Positions 32,274 to 39,373 of a DNA stretch of 50,010 nt are shown piece after piece (position 1 is the first letter of the stretch; each line of letters starts with the position of its first letter). The DNA is taken from IMG/VR virus record IMGVR_UViG_3300048913_000097. The stretch is one strand, 5' to 3'. This DNA comes from a virus. The position numbers were made by a program, and so were the translations under genes. The notes below the pieces were generated by a model. That model was given only the letters and a program-made list of their open reading frames with translations. It searched no databases and was not told the origin of the DNA.

Positions 32274-32545
32274 CCCACGCTGCGCAACGTAGCCTCGGCA
32301 CTGTTCGAGGCTTTTTCACGTCTGAGTTGTTCACGCAGAATCTCTTCACGTAATGCAGACTCTCGCGCTTCCTGGCGCATTTTGCGTACATGCATGACGA
32401 TGAGGGTGATCGACAGGATGATACCGACGACGGTGGCGAGTTTACCGATCTCACTCGGGATCAGATTTAACCACGTCGATAGACCTGTCACTGTCGTGCT
32501 TGCCGATACCACGTAGCTTGGGCCGTGAGAGTCGAGAATATTCAT
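32270..32545 (-). CDS. Membrane protein, 91 aa (one TM plus charged C-terminal helix)
   Basis: LATVVGIILSITLIVMHV is followed by RKMRQEARESALREEILREQLRREK. Confidence 0.62.
   Translation of the reverse strand: MNILDSHGPSYVVSASTTVTGLSTWLNLIPSEIGKLATVVGIILSITLIVMHVRKMRQEARESALREEILREQLRREKASNSAEATLRSVG
32291..32316 (+). terminator. Intrinsic terminator ending the replication operon
   Basis: AGCCTCG-8 nt-CGAGGCT followed by TTTT. It lies inside the 3' end of the convergent gene 32270..32545. Confidence 0.65.
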
Positions 32546-32639
32546 ACTTTCGGATCGCTCTGATGACTAATACGAAGGCTTGCACCAGCATCGCGAACAT
32601 GCCCAGGACGTAACCTGCCAGCTCTACGTATTCCCACAT
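32451..32639 (-). CDS. Membrane protein, 62 aa
   Basis: ATG 32639 with AGGAA 8 nt upstream. MWEYVELAGYVLGMFAMLVQAFVLVI. It overlaps about 97 nt of 32542..33012 in another frame. Confidence 0.45.
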   Translation of the reverse strand: MWEYVELAGYVLGMFAMLVQAFVLVIRAIRKYEYSRLSRPKLRGIGKHDSDRSIDVVKSDPE

Positions 32640-33012
32640 TTGAGCATTCCTGATCCGCAAGTGCGATGACTACCCCGATGTACAGGGCGATGAACAGCGC
32701 GTCGTAAATTGTCGAGGGTTGATGCATCTCGTACATCGCCAACCCGACAACATTGAGGGACAGAGATACAGCGCTGAGGATCATCAACCGTACTGCCAGT
32801 TTATCGATAGTAACGAAAAATGATAGCAGTATGATGGTAAGCGAATCAGTTAGTGCGGCACCTATGTAATACCATTGGTCGCTGAGCAACCCGGATACAA
32901 GGGTGAACAAAATGGTGGGTGTGGCAAACATGAACGCGGTTCTACGCCGTGCTGCCGACGGTTGACACCATGCAAAGATGCCGATCACGCACAGCAGCAC
33001 GGATATAATCAT
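32542..33012 (-). CDS. Polytopic membrane protein, 156 aa
   Basis: It has four or more hydrophobic segments. The last ~35 aa look non-membrane and overlap the next ORF. Confidence 0.6.
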   Translation of the reverse strand: MIISVLLCVIGIFAWCQPSAARRRTAFMFATPTILFTLVSGLLSDQWYYIGAALTDSLTIILLSFFVTIDKLAVRLMILSAVSLSLNVVGLAMYEMHQPSTIYDALFIALYIGVVIALADQECSNVGIRRAGRLRPGHVRDAGASLRISHQSDPKV

Positions 33013-33113
33013 TTCTTGACCGGTTTCTTGTCGCCGGTTGACGCTGCTGGTTTGCTGCGTCCCATACCGCCTGCGTCTTTGGATGGCTTCTTGTCGGCTA
33101 CTTTAGGTTTCAT
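33009..33113 (-). CDS. Possible Lys-rich peptide, 34 aa
   Basis: GGAAG 7 nt upstream. The stop overlaps the next ATG (ATGA). The ORF is very short. Confidence 0.3.
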   Translation of the reverse strand: MKPKVADKKPSKDAGGMGRSKPAASTGDKKPVKK

Positions 33114-33166
33114 GAATAACTTCCAGTATGATGAGGGTGTTGACATTCTACACGAGGTAACAGCAC

Positions 33167-33388
33167 ATGCAATTAATCCCACAGTGGCGCGCTTGCTGGC
33201 GCCGATACAGTACCTGGCTTCTGGCTGCCGTCGGCACGCTGAGCTTGAACGACTTGATCGGATTCATGCCGTCGATTCAGGAATATATCGATCCGCAGAC
33301 TTACAAACTCGTGATGCTCGGCCTATCCGTGGCAACGTTTGTTGCGCTTCAAATTCATCAACCATCTGTATCAGGGCCGAAGGTATGA
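33167..33388 (+). CDS. Holin candidate, 73 aa, two TM segments
   Basis: GAGG 9 nt upstream. WLLAAVGTLSL and LVMLGLSVATFVALQI. The stop overlaps the endolysin ATG. Confidence 0.62.
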   Translation: MQLIPQWRACWRRYSTWLLAAVGTLSLNDLIGFMPSIQEYIDPQTYKLVMLGLSVATFVALQIHQPSVSGPKV

Positions 33389-33804
33389 ACCGCACGCGGC
33401 TGGCCGCACAGCTCGCAGTCGATGAGGGTCGTAAACGTCGACTATACCGCGACACAGTGGGGAAGCTCACGATTGGCGTGGGTCGCAATATCGATGACCG
33501 TGGGTTACGTGATGATGAGATTGACCTGATGCTATCCAACGACATCAATGAGGCTGTCGGTATCGCTCGTGCACTGGTATCGAATTTCGATAAACTCGAC
33601 GATGTACGTCAGGAAGTTGTCGTCAACATGGCGTTCAACATGGGTATCGTGCGACTCGGCGGTTTCAAACGTTTCATCGCGGCGCTGGCGCGCCTGGACT
33701 TTCAGAATGCCGCCGATGAGATGAAGAATTCATCATGGTATACGCAAACAGGTGACCGTGCTGTACGACTTGTCTACGCGATGCGGGAGGGGCGACTCCA
33801 ATGA
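33385..33804 (+). CDS. Endolysin, T4-lysozyme-like (GH24)
   Basis: DEGRKRRLYRDTVGKLTIGVGRN carries the E-D-T catalytic pattern. Only the last 139 codons of track ORF 32875..33804 are used. Confidence 0.88.
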   Translation: MNRTRLAAQLAVDEGRKRRLYRDTVGKLTIGVGRNIDDRGLRDDEIDLMLSNDINEAVGIARALVSNFDKLDDVRQEVVVNMAFNMGIVRLGGFKRFIAALARLDFQNAADEMKNSSWYTQTGDRAVRLVYAMREGRLQ

Positions 33805-34055
33805 GTCTGACAGCGATTATCGGTATTATCATCGGCGTCGTGGGCGCAATTCTCGGGGCACTTGCCGGTCACCGCATCGGTAAATCGAGTGGTATCACCC
33901 AGGGCGTCGAACAGGCGTCACAAACCCAACAAGTCGAACAGGCTAAAGCGACGGTACAGGCCGTCAAGGAACGTGCACATGTTGAAGTCACAGTGGTTGC
34001 TGATTCTGATGCTGAGCTTGACGCAAGGCTGTCAAAGCACGACCGTCCCGATTGA
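33801..34055 (+). CDS. i-spanin candidate
   Basis: N-terminal TM IIGIIIGVVGAILGALAG, then a charged helical region. ATGA overlap with the endolysin gene. Confidence 0.7.
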   Translation: MSLTAIIGIIIGVVGAILGALAGHRIGKSSGITQGVEQASQTQQVEQAKATVQAVKERAHVEVTVVADSDAELDARLSKHDRPD

Positions 34056-34179
34056 TACGGCATGTAGCTGGGTGAAGCCGATCACCACGTCGGCGGGGGA
34101 TCGAAAAGTTATGAGCCGCCAGCTCAAGGAACAAGTGGCGGCTCATAACGATTTATACGATCTCAGGTGCAGCGGCTGA
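33979..34179 (+). CDS. o-spanin candidate (overlapping the i-spanin in another frame)
   Basis: MLKSQWLLILMLSLTQGC signal-like N-terminus with Cys. AAGGAA 10 nt upstream. The lipobox is non-canonical (TQGC). Confidence 0.55.
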   Translation: MLKSQWLLILMLSLTQGCQSTTVPIDTACSWVKPITTSAGDRKVMSRQLKEQVAAHNDLYDLRCSG

Positions 34180-34671
34180 CACCGTCAAATCCATCCCGGT
34201 TGACGGTTGTACTGGCCATTCCACCTCGGGTGGCCATCCGCTTTGACTGGTGATACGTCCCAGCAAAACCGCGTAAGTCTTCCAAGCTTTGAGCTGAAGT
34301 GTGCGAACCGGTAATTCCGCTTCCTCAGCAGGGGTTACCATTTCAAGTTCGATAGCATCGTTAATCGTGCCGATTCGATTCGTCAGTGCAACCTTCTGCG
34401 CCGCTGCAAGCTGCGTAAATCCCTGGAGCTTGATGCTCTGACTTGTCAAAATCTCAGCAGGTGTTGGTGGAATCACAATTGGTGGTCCAAAAACACCGTC
34501 CACATATGAATCACCCTGGTTGACAGTGATACCTTCCGGTATAACCGCGCACATGGTCACGAATTCGGGTGTGTATCTGTCCTCTATTGGGACATCGACA
34601 CCATCCGGATTTATATATGGGGGTATGATCTCAAAAACTTTATCATCTACAATCAGTGCGTAAGTTTTCAT
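34153..34671 (-). CDS. Tail fibre assembly chaperone
   Basis: It follows the fibre gene. The C-terminal part ...LKAWKTYAVLLGRITSQSGWPPEVEWPVQP is typical of Tfa/gpG-like chaperones. Confidence 0.72.
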   Translation of the reverse strand: MKTYALIVDDKVFEIIPPYINPDGVDVPIEDRYTPEFVTMCAVIPEGITVNQGDSYVDGVFGPPIVIPPTPAEILTSQSIKLQGFTQLAAAQKVALTNRIGTINDAIELEMVTPAEEAELPVRTLQLKAWKTYAVLLGRITSQSGWPPEVEWPVQPSTGMDLTVSAAAPEIV

Positions 34672-35565
34672 TTATGCATATTCCCAAATGATTACGACAC
34701 CAGGCGCGCCTGCGCCACCTGTGAGAGCGGACGAGCTTGGAATATTGCCGGTAGCCCCACCACCAGCACCAAAAGATGTAGATGCTGTGCCATTCGATCC
34801 GGAGCTAAGGTACTGACCGCCCGGACCAAATATTGTACTGCCCGCATTACCTGCCACAATAGTTATCGAGGTGAGTGAGATTATTCTAGTGCTACCACTG
34901 CCTACGTTGGATGATATATTGCCGCCTGTTGGGGCTGAGCTATTTAGCGTTCCAATCTCAAATGCTGCTCCAGAGCCTGCAGTTGTAACCGCTCCTCCTC
35001 GACCACCAGGGCAACTAATGACTGCGCCAAATGATGATGTGCCTCCGTTGTTACCTGCTGCGCCAGATACGCCAGCGCCACCAAGGCCAACCACAACAGA
35101 CGCACCTGAGAAGCCTGATGTCAGAAGGCTCTTTGCGTACGAGCCGCCACCACCGGGCGCACCAAGCGAACTCTGACCCGCGCCTGTTGCTACTGCACCG
35201 CCACCAGCACCGCCAGGCGCCTGAACCTCAACGATTACGAATTTCGTACCTGCTGTTGGCGCATACGTGAAAGTCCCCGGAGTACTGAATATCCGAGGTG
35301 CACCGAGTAACCGTCCAGGCACGGCAGCCTGCAACGCCGTGAAATATTGAGACGATGTCGCTGTGTCCACGATACCGTTTGGGGTAATGCTTGCTGCGCC
35401 CAGCAACGCAGCGAAAAATCCATCCCAGTCGTTCGCCCAATCCTGTTCAATATATGAACCGTCAAGCGCACCGGGGGCGGAGCGGTTTTTAAACGCACCT
35501 TGGGGGTGCGCCGAGTTACCGGTCGTCCAGCGACCCGGATACCGCGTGTCACGTTGTAAAGCCAT
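34672..35565 (-). CDS. Tail fibre protein, glycine-rich
   Basis: The N-terminus is ...DGSYIEQDWANDWDGFF. The C-terminal two-thirds is Gly-rich (GGAGGG, GGGGS, GGRGG). Confidence 0.78.
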   Translation of the reverse strand: MALQRDTRYPGRWTTGNSAHPQGAFKNRSAPGALDGSYIEQDWANDWDGFFAALLGAASITPNGIVDTATSSQYFTALQAAVPGRLLGAPRIFSTPGTFTYAPTAGTKFVIVEVQAPGGAGGGAVATGAGQSSLGAPGGGGSYAKSLLTSGFSGASVVVGLGGAGVSGAAGNNGGTSSFGAVISCPGGRGGAVTTAGSGAAFEIGTLNSSAPTGGNISSNVGSGSTRIISLTSITIVAGNAGSTIFGPGGQYLSSGSNGTASTSFGAGGGATGNIPSSSALTGGAGAPGVVIIWEYA

Positions 35566-35568
35566 GCG

Positions 35569-36210
35569 TCAAACTCCTACATAACCGTGGAATTGTGCGT
35601 CGAGGTCACCAAATTCAGCGTCAGTGTCACCAAATTCCGAAGGGATGTAACTATCAAGGAACCCATTGAAATGGACACCTTGCGGTTTTGGTATTAATTT
35701 TGCGTTCAGTAACGCCCATCGCTGGAGGTCAGTAAGATTACCATTGAACTCGATACCGAACGACATATCCTCACCGTCGATAACACGGATGACATTCGCA
35801 CCGGGGATGAGGAACGTAACCCCGTCAAGGATCGATTCGATTGTGGCGTCACTGTTGTTCTTGATGATTTTTGCACGAATGACCAGTCGAAAGAACTCAT
35901 CCGACATTTCCGAATCCGTGCTGATACTCAGAGCGCTGAACACCGCGTCAAGATCGCCGAATTCGGCATCGACATCGCCGAACTGGGTCACGACCAACGG
36001 GGTATTGGCAAGAAAGTTACGATCAGCAACGACGATTCGACCGATAACGTCAAGCTGTGCGCCGACGTTGTTATCGATGTCATACGATCCTCGCACCGCC
36101 TGCGCAGCCGTGTCGATCTCAGCGGCAAGTTCACGCGTGATCGCGTACCACGCTACGGCCTTGGGTTTGTTCCGGTACTGGGCGTAGATCCGGTCAGGGA
36201 TATTCATCAC
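35569..36210 (-). CDS. Baseplate/tail protein, DUF2612-like
   Basis: IYAQYRNKPKAVAWY...QLDVIGRIV. It follows the baseplate-J gene. Start is GTG 36210 or ATG 36207. Confidence 0.65.
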   Translation of the reverse strand: MMNIPDRIYAQYRNKPKAVAWYAITRELAAEIDTAAQAVRGSYDIDNNVGAQLDVIGRIVVADRNFLANTPLVVTQFGDVDAEFGDLDAVFSALSISTDSEMSDEFFRLVIRAKIIKNNSDATIESILDGVTFLIPGANVIRVIDGEDMSFGIEFNGNLTDLQRWALLNAKLIPKPQGVHFNGFLDSYIPSEFGDTDAEFGDLDAQFHGYVGV

Positions 36211-37421
36211 ACCACCGTCGTACTGATGTTGACAGCCGTCCAGCGTGAGAGCTGGTTAAACGCTATCGCCACATTGGATGTACCGCCATTGACGGTGAAC
36301 GATTGGATATAACTGTTACCGAATTCACCGAGTACCTTGTTGATGGGTGTGGTCAGTGTCAGATATGGAACGCTCTCACCGATGTCAAAACCTGTCTGCT
36401 TGAACCCATCACCCGCAGGTACGAGCGTACCCACTGTGAACTCGAGGAACGCCTCGTCGATGAGATCCGCAATGTTCGTCGGCAGCGTCCCGTCATTCTT
36501 CACGGTGACCGCAACGATCATGTCCAGATACAATGGTGTGGCCCATCGCACCAACTTGGAATTAGTTGGGTACTTTGGCGATATGACCGTGGTACTGACA
36601 GGGGTGCCCGACTGGTTCAGCAGTACGCCAGGGTTTTTCTTGACGTAGATCGCCATACCTACATCTGCAATTGCACCGCCGTCGACGATGATCGAGATCG
36701 AATGCGCTGGGAGACTGTACGGGTTATTCACTGCGTCAAATGCTGCGCTATTCGTATCGTTCTCGTAAATCTTGACATGACGTACACCACTCACCGCGTA
36801 CAGTTCGCCATACATCGAATCGATCTGGTTATTGCCTGGGCGTCCGACCGCCGTTGCCCGCTCGATTCGCAGTGATGAATCGAGTTGTTCATCGGTGCCG
36901 GGGGTGGCCACGCTGGGGTTGTTGACGCCCGTCCAGCCGCCTACCACGTCGACGATATTGGTGAGCGTGGCGATGTCCGCCTGAGTGGGGCCGGTAACGG
37001 TGCAGGTTGCCGTAGTGGTTGCCGTACCGGCTGTGAGCGTCACCGTCTCGTCGATTGTCCAGCGCGAACCGTTGGTGGACGACTCGATACGCTTACCGGC
37101 TGGCACGATTGTTCCGTCAGTACCCATGAGCGTCACGGCGACGTTCGACGGCGTACCCTCGGAGCGGGTGGTGCCAGTCAGCGCGCAGATCACATTAAGA
37201 TCGACACCCACGGCTTTGTTCGGGTCTTTGGAGTTGTACGCCTGTTGCAGCGTCTCATCCAACACACCGAATACTTCTGCATCGTGAGCGAGTTTCAGTC
37301 CGTCTGGTGTCGAGGGGTCCAGGTTCCACGCGGGGTCAATGTCGAGATAGAGCTGACGTTCCTCGTCGAACCAATCGTTTTGGGTCTTGAGGGCGTACCC
37401 CTGCGCCGTGACTTCAGCCAT
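36207..37421 (-). CDS. Baseplate J-like protein
   Basis: 404 aa in the position and size expected for the baseplate wedge J family. It overlaps both neighbouring genes. Confidence 0.78.
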   Translation of the reverse strand: MAEVTAQGYALKTQNDWFDEERQLYLDIDPAWNLDPSTPDGLKLAHDAEVFGVLDETLQQAYNSKDPNKAVGVDLNVICALTGTTRSEGTPSNVAVTLMGTDGTIVPAGKRIESSTNGSRWTIDETVTLTAGTATTTATCTVTGPTQADIATLTNIVDVVGGWTGVNNPSVATPGTDEQLDSSLRIERATAVGRPGNNQIDSMYGELYAVSGVRHVKIYENDTNSAAFDAVNNPYSLPAHSISIIVDGGAIADVGMAIYVKKNPGVLLNQSGTPVSTTVISPKYPTNSKLVRWATPLYLDMIVAVTVKNDGTLPTNIADLIDEAFLEFTVGTLVPAGDGFKQTGFDIGESVPYLTLTTPINKVLGEFGNSYIQSFTVNGGTSNVAIAFNQLSRWTAVNISTTVV

Positions 37422-37764
37422 TAAAAGTTACCTCGTCGACGCCGTAAATGGTAAGTATCCCGGCAGTCACGCTGTACTTGCGGGAATCAATATCGAAATC
37501 TGTGTCAAAACTGGTCAACCGGACAACGCCGGGGGTCGTGGCGATCCGCACACGCAGCACCGACTCGGCGACGTCCAAGCTCGTGAACTTGCCGAGGATC
37601 TGTTCGTACCACGGCGTACCGTCGGTAATGTTCCGGAAGTACTCACCCAGGAACAGCGCGAGACGAGTTTTCACCGTCTGCGCGATCTCTTCCCGGCCCG
37701 TCAGGAACTGTTGACCGCTGGTCACGATGTCGCCGGTTTCGTCGTCGAGGCGTCGAACTGTCAT
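37414..37764 (-). CDS. Small baseplate wedge protein (gp25/W- or XkdS-like)
   Basis: 116 aa directly upstream of the J-like gene. EIAQTVKTRLALFLGEYF. Confidence 0.6.
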   Translation of the reverse strand: MTVRRLDDETGDIVTSGQQFLTGREEIAQTVKTRLALFLGEYFRNITDGTPWYEQILGKFTSLDVAESVLRVRIATTPGVVRLTSFDTDFDIDSRKYSVTAGILTIYGVDEVTFNG

Positions 37765-38477
37765 GGTGTAGGCGTCCCGGATGTTGCCGTACCAGCGGTG
37801 ACACCAGTATGACGGTGAGTCTTAAGGAATATCGTACCAGCTTTCACGTCGTTCGGTGTGGTTACAAGGGACGCCGGATTGATAGTGACACCGTTGATGT
37901 TAACGATGCCGTCGGCACCGATACGAATGAACCCCGAGCCGTTTTGCATCGATGCGGAACCATCGGGCATCAGGTTGAAGTTCGCCACACCGTTGTCCAT
38001 GGTGATCGTATTGTCGTTCTTTAACCACGCGAACTGTGTACCGGCTTTGTTGCTGATCCTGATACCGTTGTTCTGGAACGCGGGTAGTTTATTCGGTAGC
38101 GAACGGAAGCCCGGGAGAAAGAATGCATCTTGTGGATCGTGGAAACGACCGATGGGGTTTGCAGCCACACCGCCCGTCTGTATCCACCCGTCAACGCAAC
38201 GCTGACTGAACAGGATGTCACCTTCACAGCCTGGGTCGATCTGGTATTCGATATGATAATCGCCGCCCGGGAAATACACGGGAGTTTCGATAATCGTCGG
38301 CGGCTCAAATGTCGCGCCGTTCAAGTCCACACGGGTTATACCGATCTGGACTTGGGCGAGCTGGGTCACGGGGTCGAACGCGAGGATGTGCCCGGGTGAC
38401 GATGTGGCAACACCTTTCATCATCTCCCGGAACGCTTCCCGTAGCATCTGTGGCTGTTGTGCCCGCGTATGCGCCAT
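37761..38477 (-). CDS. Baseplate central spike / gpV-like protein
   Basis: 238 aa upstream of the wedge genes. The C-terminus is ...FLKTHRHTGVTAGTATSGTPTP. Confidence 0.6.
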   Translation of the reverse strand: MAHTRAQQPQMLREAFREMMKGVATSSPGHILAFDPVTQLAQVQIGITRVDLNGATFEPPTIIETPVYFPGGDYHIEYQIDPGCEGDILFSQRCVDGWIQTGGVAANPIGRFHDPQDAFFLPGFRSLPNKLPAFQNNGIRISNKAGTQFAWLKNDNTITMDNGVANFNLMPDGSASMQNGSGFIRIGADGIVNINGVTINPASLVTTPNDVKAGTIFLKTHRHTGVTAGTATSGTPTP

Positions 38478-38512
38478 GTGTCAACCCCATTAAATATGGA
38501 CATGATAATACA

Positions 38513-38600
38513 TTGACGACGCTTGACAGTCACGTCATTAAATGCGACTGTACAACCTCCCTGCTTGTGTTGATGTGTTGCCCGGTTCGCCGGGCTTTTT
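38513..38600 (+). ncRNA. Candidate small RNA unit (orphan promoter-like sequence plus terminator, no ORF)
   Basis: Two promoter-like arrangements are present: TTGACG 38513-N17-CATTAA and TTGACA 38523-N17-GACTGT. They are followed by ...aaCCTCCCtgcttgtgttgatgtgtt and terminator 38580..38600. Confidence 0.25.
38580..38600 (+). terminator. Intrinsic terminator on the plus strand with no upstream plus-strand gene
   Basis: GCCCGG-ttcg-CCGGGC followed by TTTTT. Confidence 0.7.
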
Positions 38601-38612
38601 AACGGGTAGGGA

Positions 38613-38640
38613 TTGACGGATTCGTCACGGGTGATACAGT
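38613..38640 (+). promoter_or_regulatory. Operator-promoter: TTGACG-N16-TACAGT, dyad 38614-38627
   Basis: TTGACGgattcgtcacgggtgaTACAGT. It points into the 38672..39373 cassette. Confidence 0.55.
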
Positions 38641-38671
38641 GTCGGTACATCAGCACGGGAGTGATACGAGA

Positions 38672-38869
38672 ATGATCAGTAAGGGTAAGCGCAAACACAT
38701 CCAACGGTTAATATCACTCCGCCTATGGAATCAACTCCCGAAAGAAGAACAAACGCGTCGTATGGAAATCCATGTCCAGCGACTCATGCGTTCGGTTGCA
38801 TGTACCTATAATGTCCCAGTTCGTATGCTCTGCGGATTACCGATGTCAGAAGTGGAGGTGGTGCAATGA
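38672..38869 (+). CDS. Hypothetical basic protein, 65 aa
   Basis: GGGAG 10 nt upstream of ATG 38672. Confidence 0.55.
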   Translation: MISKGKRKHIQRLISLRLWNQLPKEEQTRRMEIHVQRLMRSVACTYNVPVRMLCGLPMSEVEVVQ

Positions 38870-39003
38870 CACCATTCGAGCAAGGTTACGCAGCATTCCT
38901 GGCTGGCAAGCCGAAGGACGCTAATCCATTCGGTGATGCAACCCCGTGGTCGGCGAACAATTGGATCAACGGATGGACTCGGGCACGGAGAGATCGCAAA
39001 TGA
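38866..39003 (+). CDS. Rmf/CrpP-like small protein, 45 aa
   Basis: Below the track cutoff. GGAGG 6 nt upstream, with ATGA overlaps at both ends. QGYAAFLAGKPKDANPF...WINGWTRA parallels the E. coli RMF segment RGYQAGIAGRSKEMCPY...WLGGWREA. Confidence 0.5.
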   Translation: MTPFEQGYAAFLAGKPKDANPFGDATPWSANNWINGWTRARRDRK

Positions 39004-39137
39004 AACGCACGTACGCTACGCGGATCTACACGTTTCAGGAACTGATGAACCGTCTCGACAGTGACTACTGGTACGTTCATCACCACGGCATGGGCTACTA
39101 TACGTTCGTGCCGGTGAATCAAGCGGGGAGGGGTTAG
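39000..39137 (+). CDS. Hypothetical small protein, 45 aa
   Basis: ATG 39000 overlaps the upstream stop. GGAGAG upstream. Confidence 0.48.
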   Translation: MKRTYATRIYTFQELMNRLDSDYWYVHHHGMGYYTFVPVNQAGRG

Positions 39138-39139
39138 GT

Positions 39140-39373
39140 GTGGACGCGGAAGAGATCAAACAAAAGTTACGCACCCGAGTTCGTACTACCTTTGACGGTG
39201 TTGGACTCCCACCGGTCGACTGCATTTGTATTTTGGATTCGCGGGAATATTGTTGCGACGTCCGAATTGTCGCTCACACGTTTGTCGCCGGTCGAGTCGC
39301 TGCCGTCTGGCAATTCGGTGATGAATTCGGTTACGGTCGTCCGGGCGATTTTAGTATCGACCCGGATCAGTAA
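39140..39373 (+). CDS. Hypothetical protein, 77 aa
   Basis: GTG start with GGGGAGGGG 6 nt upstream. The stop abuts the stop of the convergent gene 39374..40807. Confidence 0.58.
   Translation: MDAEEIKQKLRTRVRTTFDGVGLPPVDCICILDSREYCCDVRIVAHTFVAGRVAAVWQFGDEFGYGRPGDFSIDPDQ

Noticed and set aside
32875-33804. 309-aa ORF containing the endolysin
   Set aside because: Only the last 139 codons are lysozyme-like. The upstream part is antisense to the membrane-protein operon and overlaps the holin candidate. ATG 33385 overlaps the holin stop.
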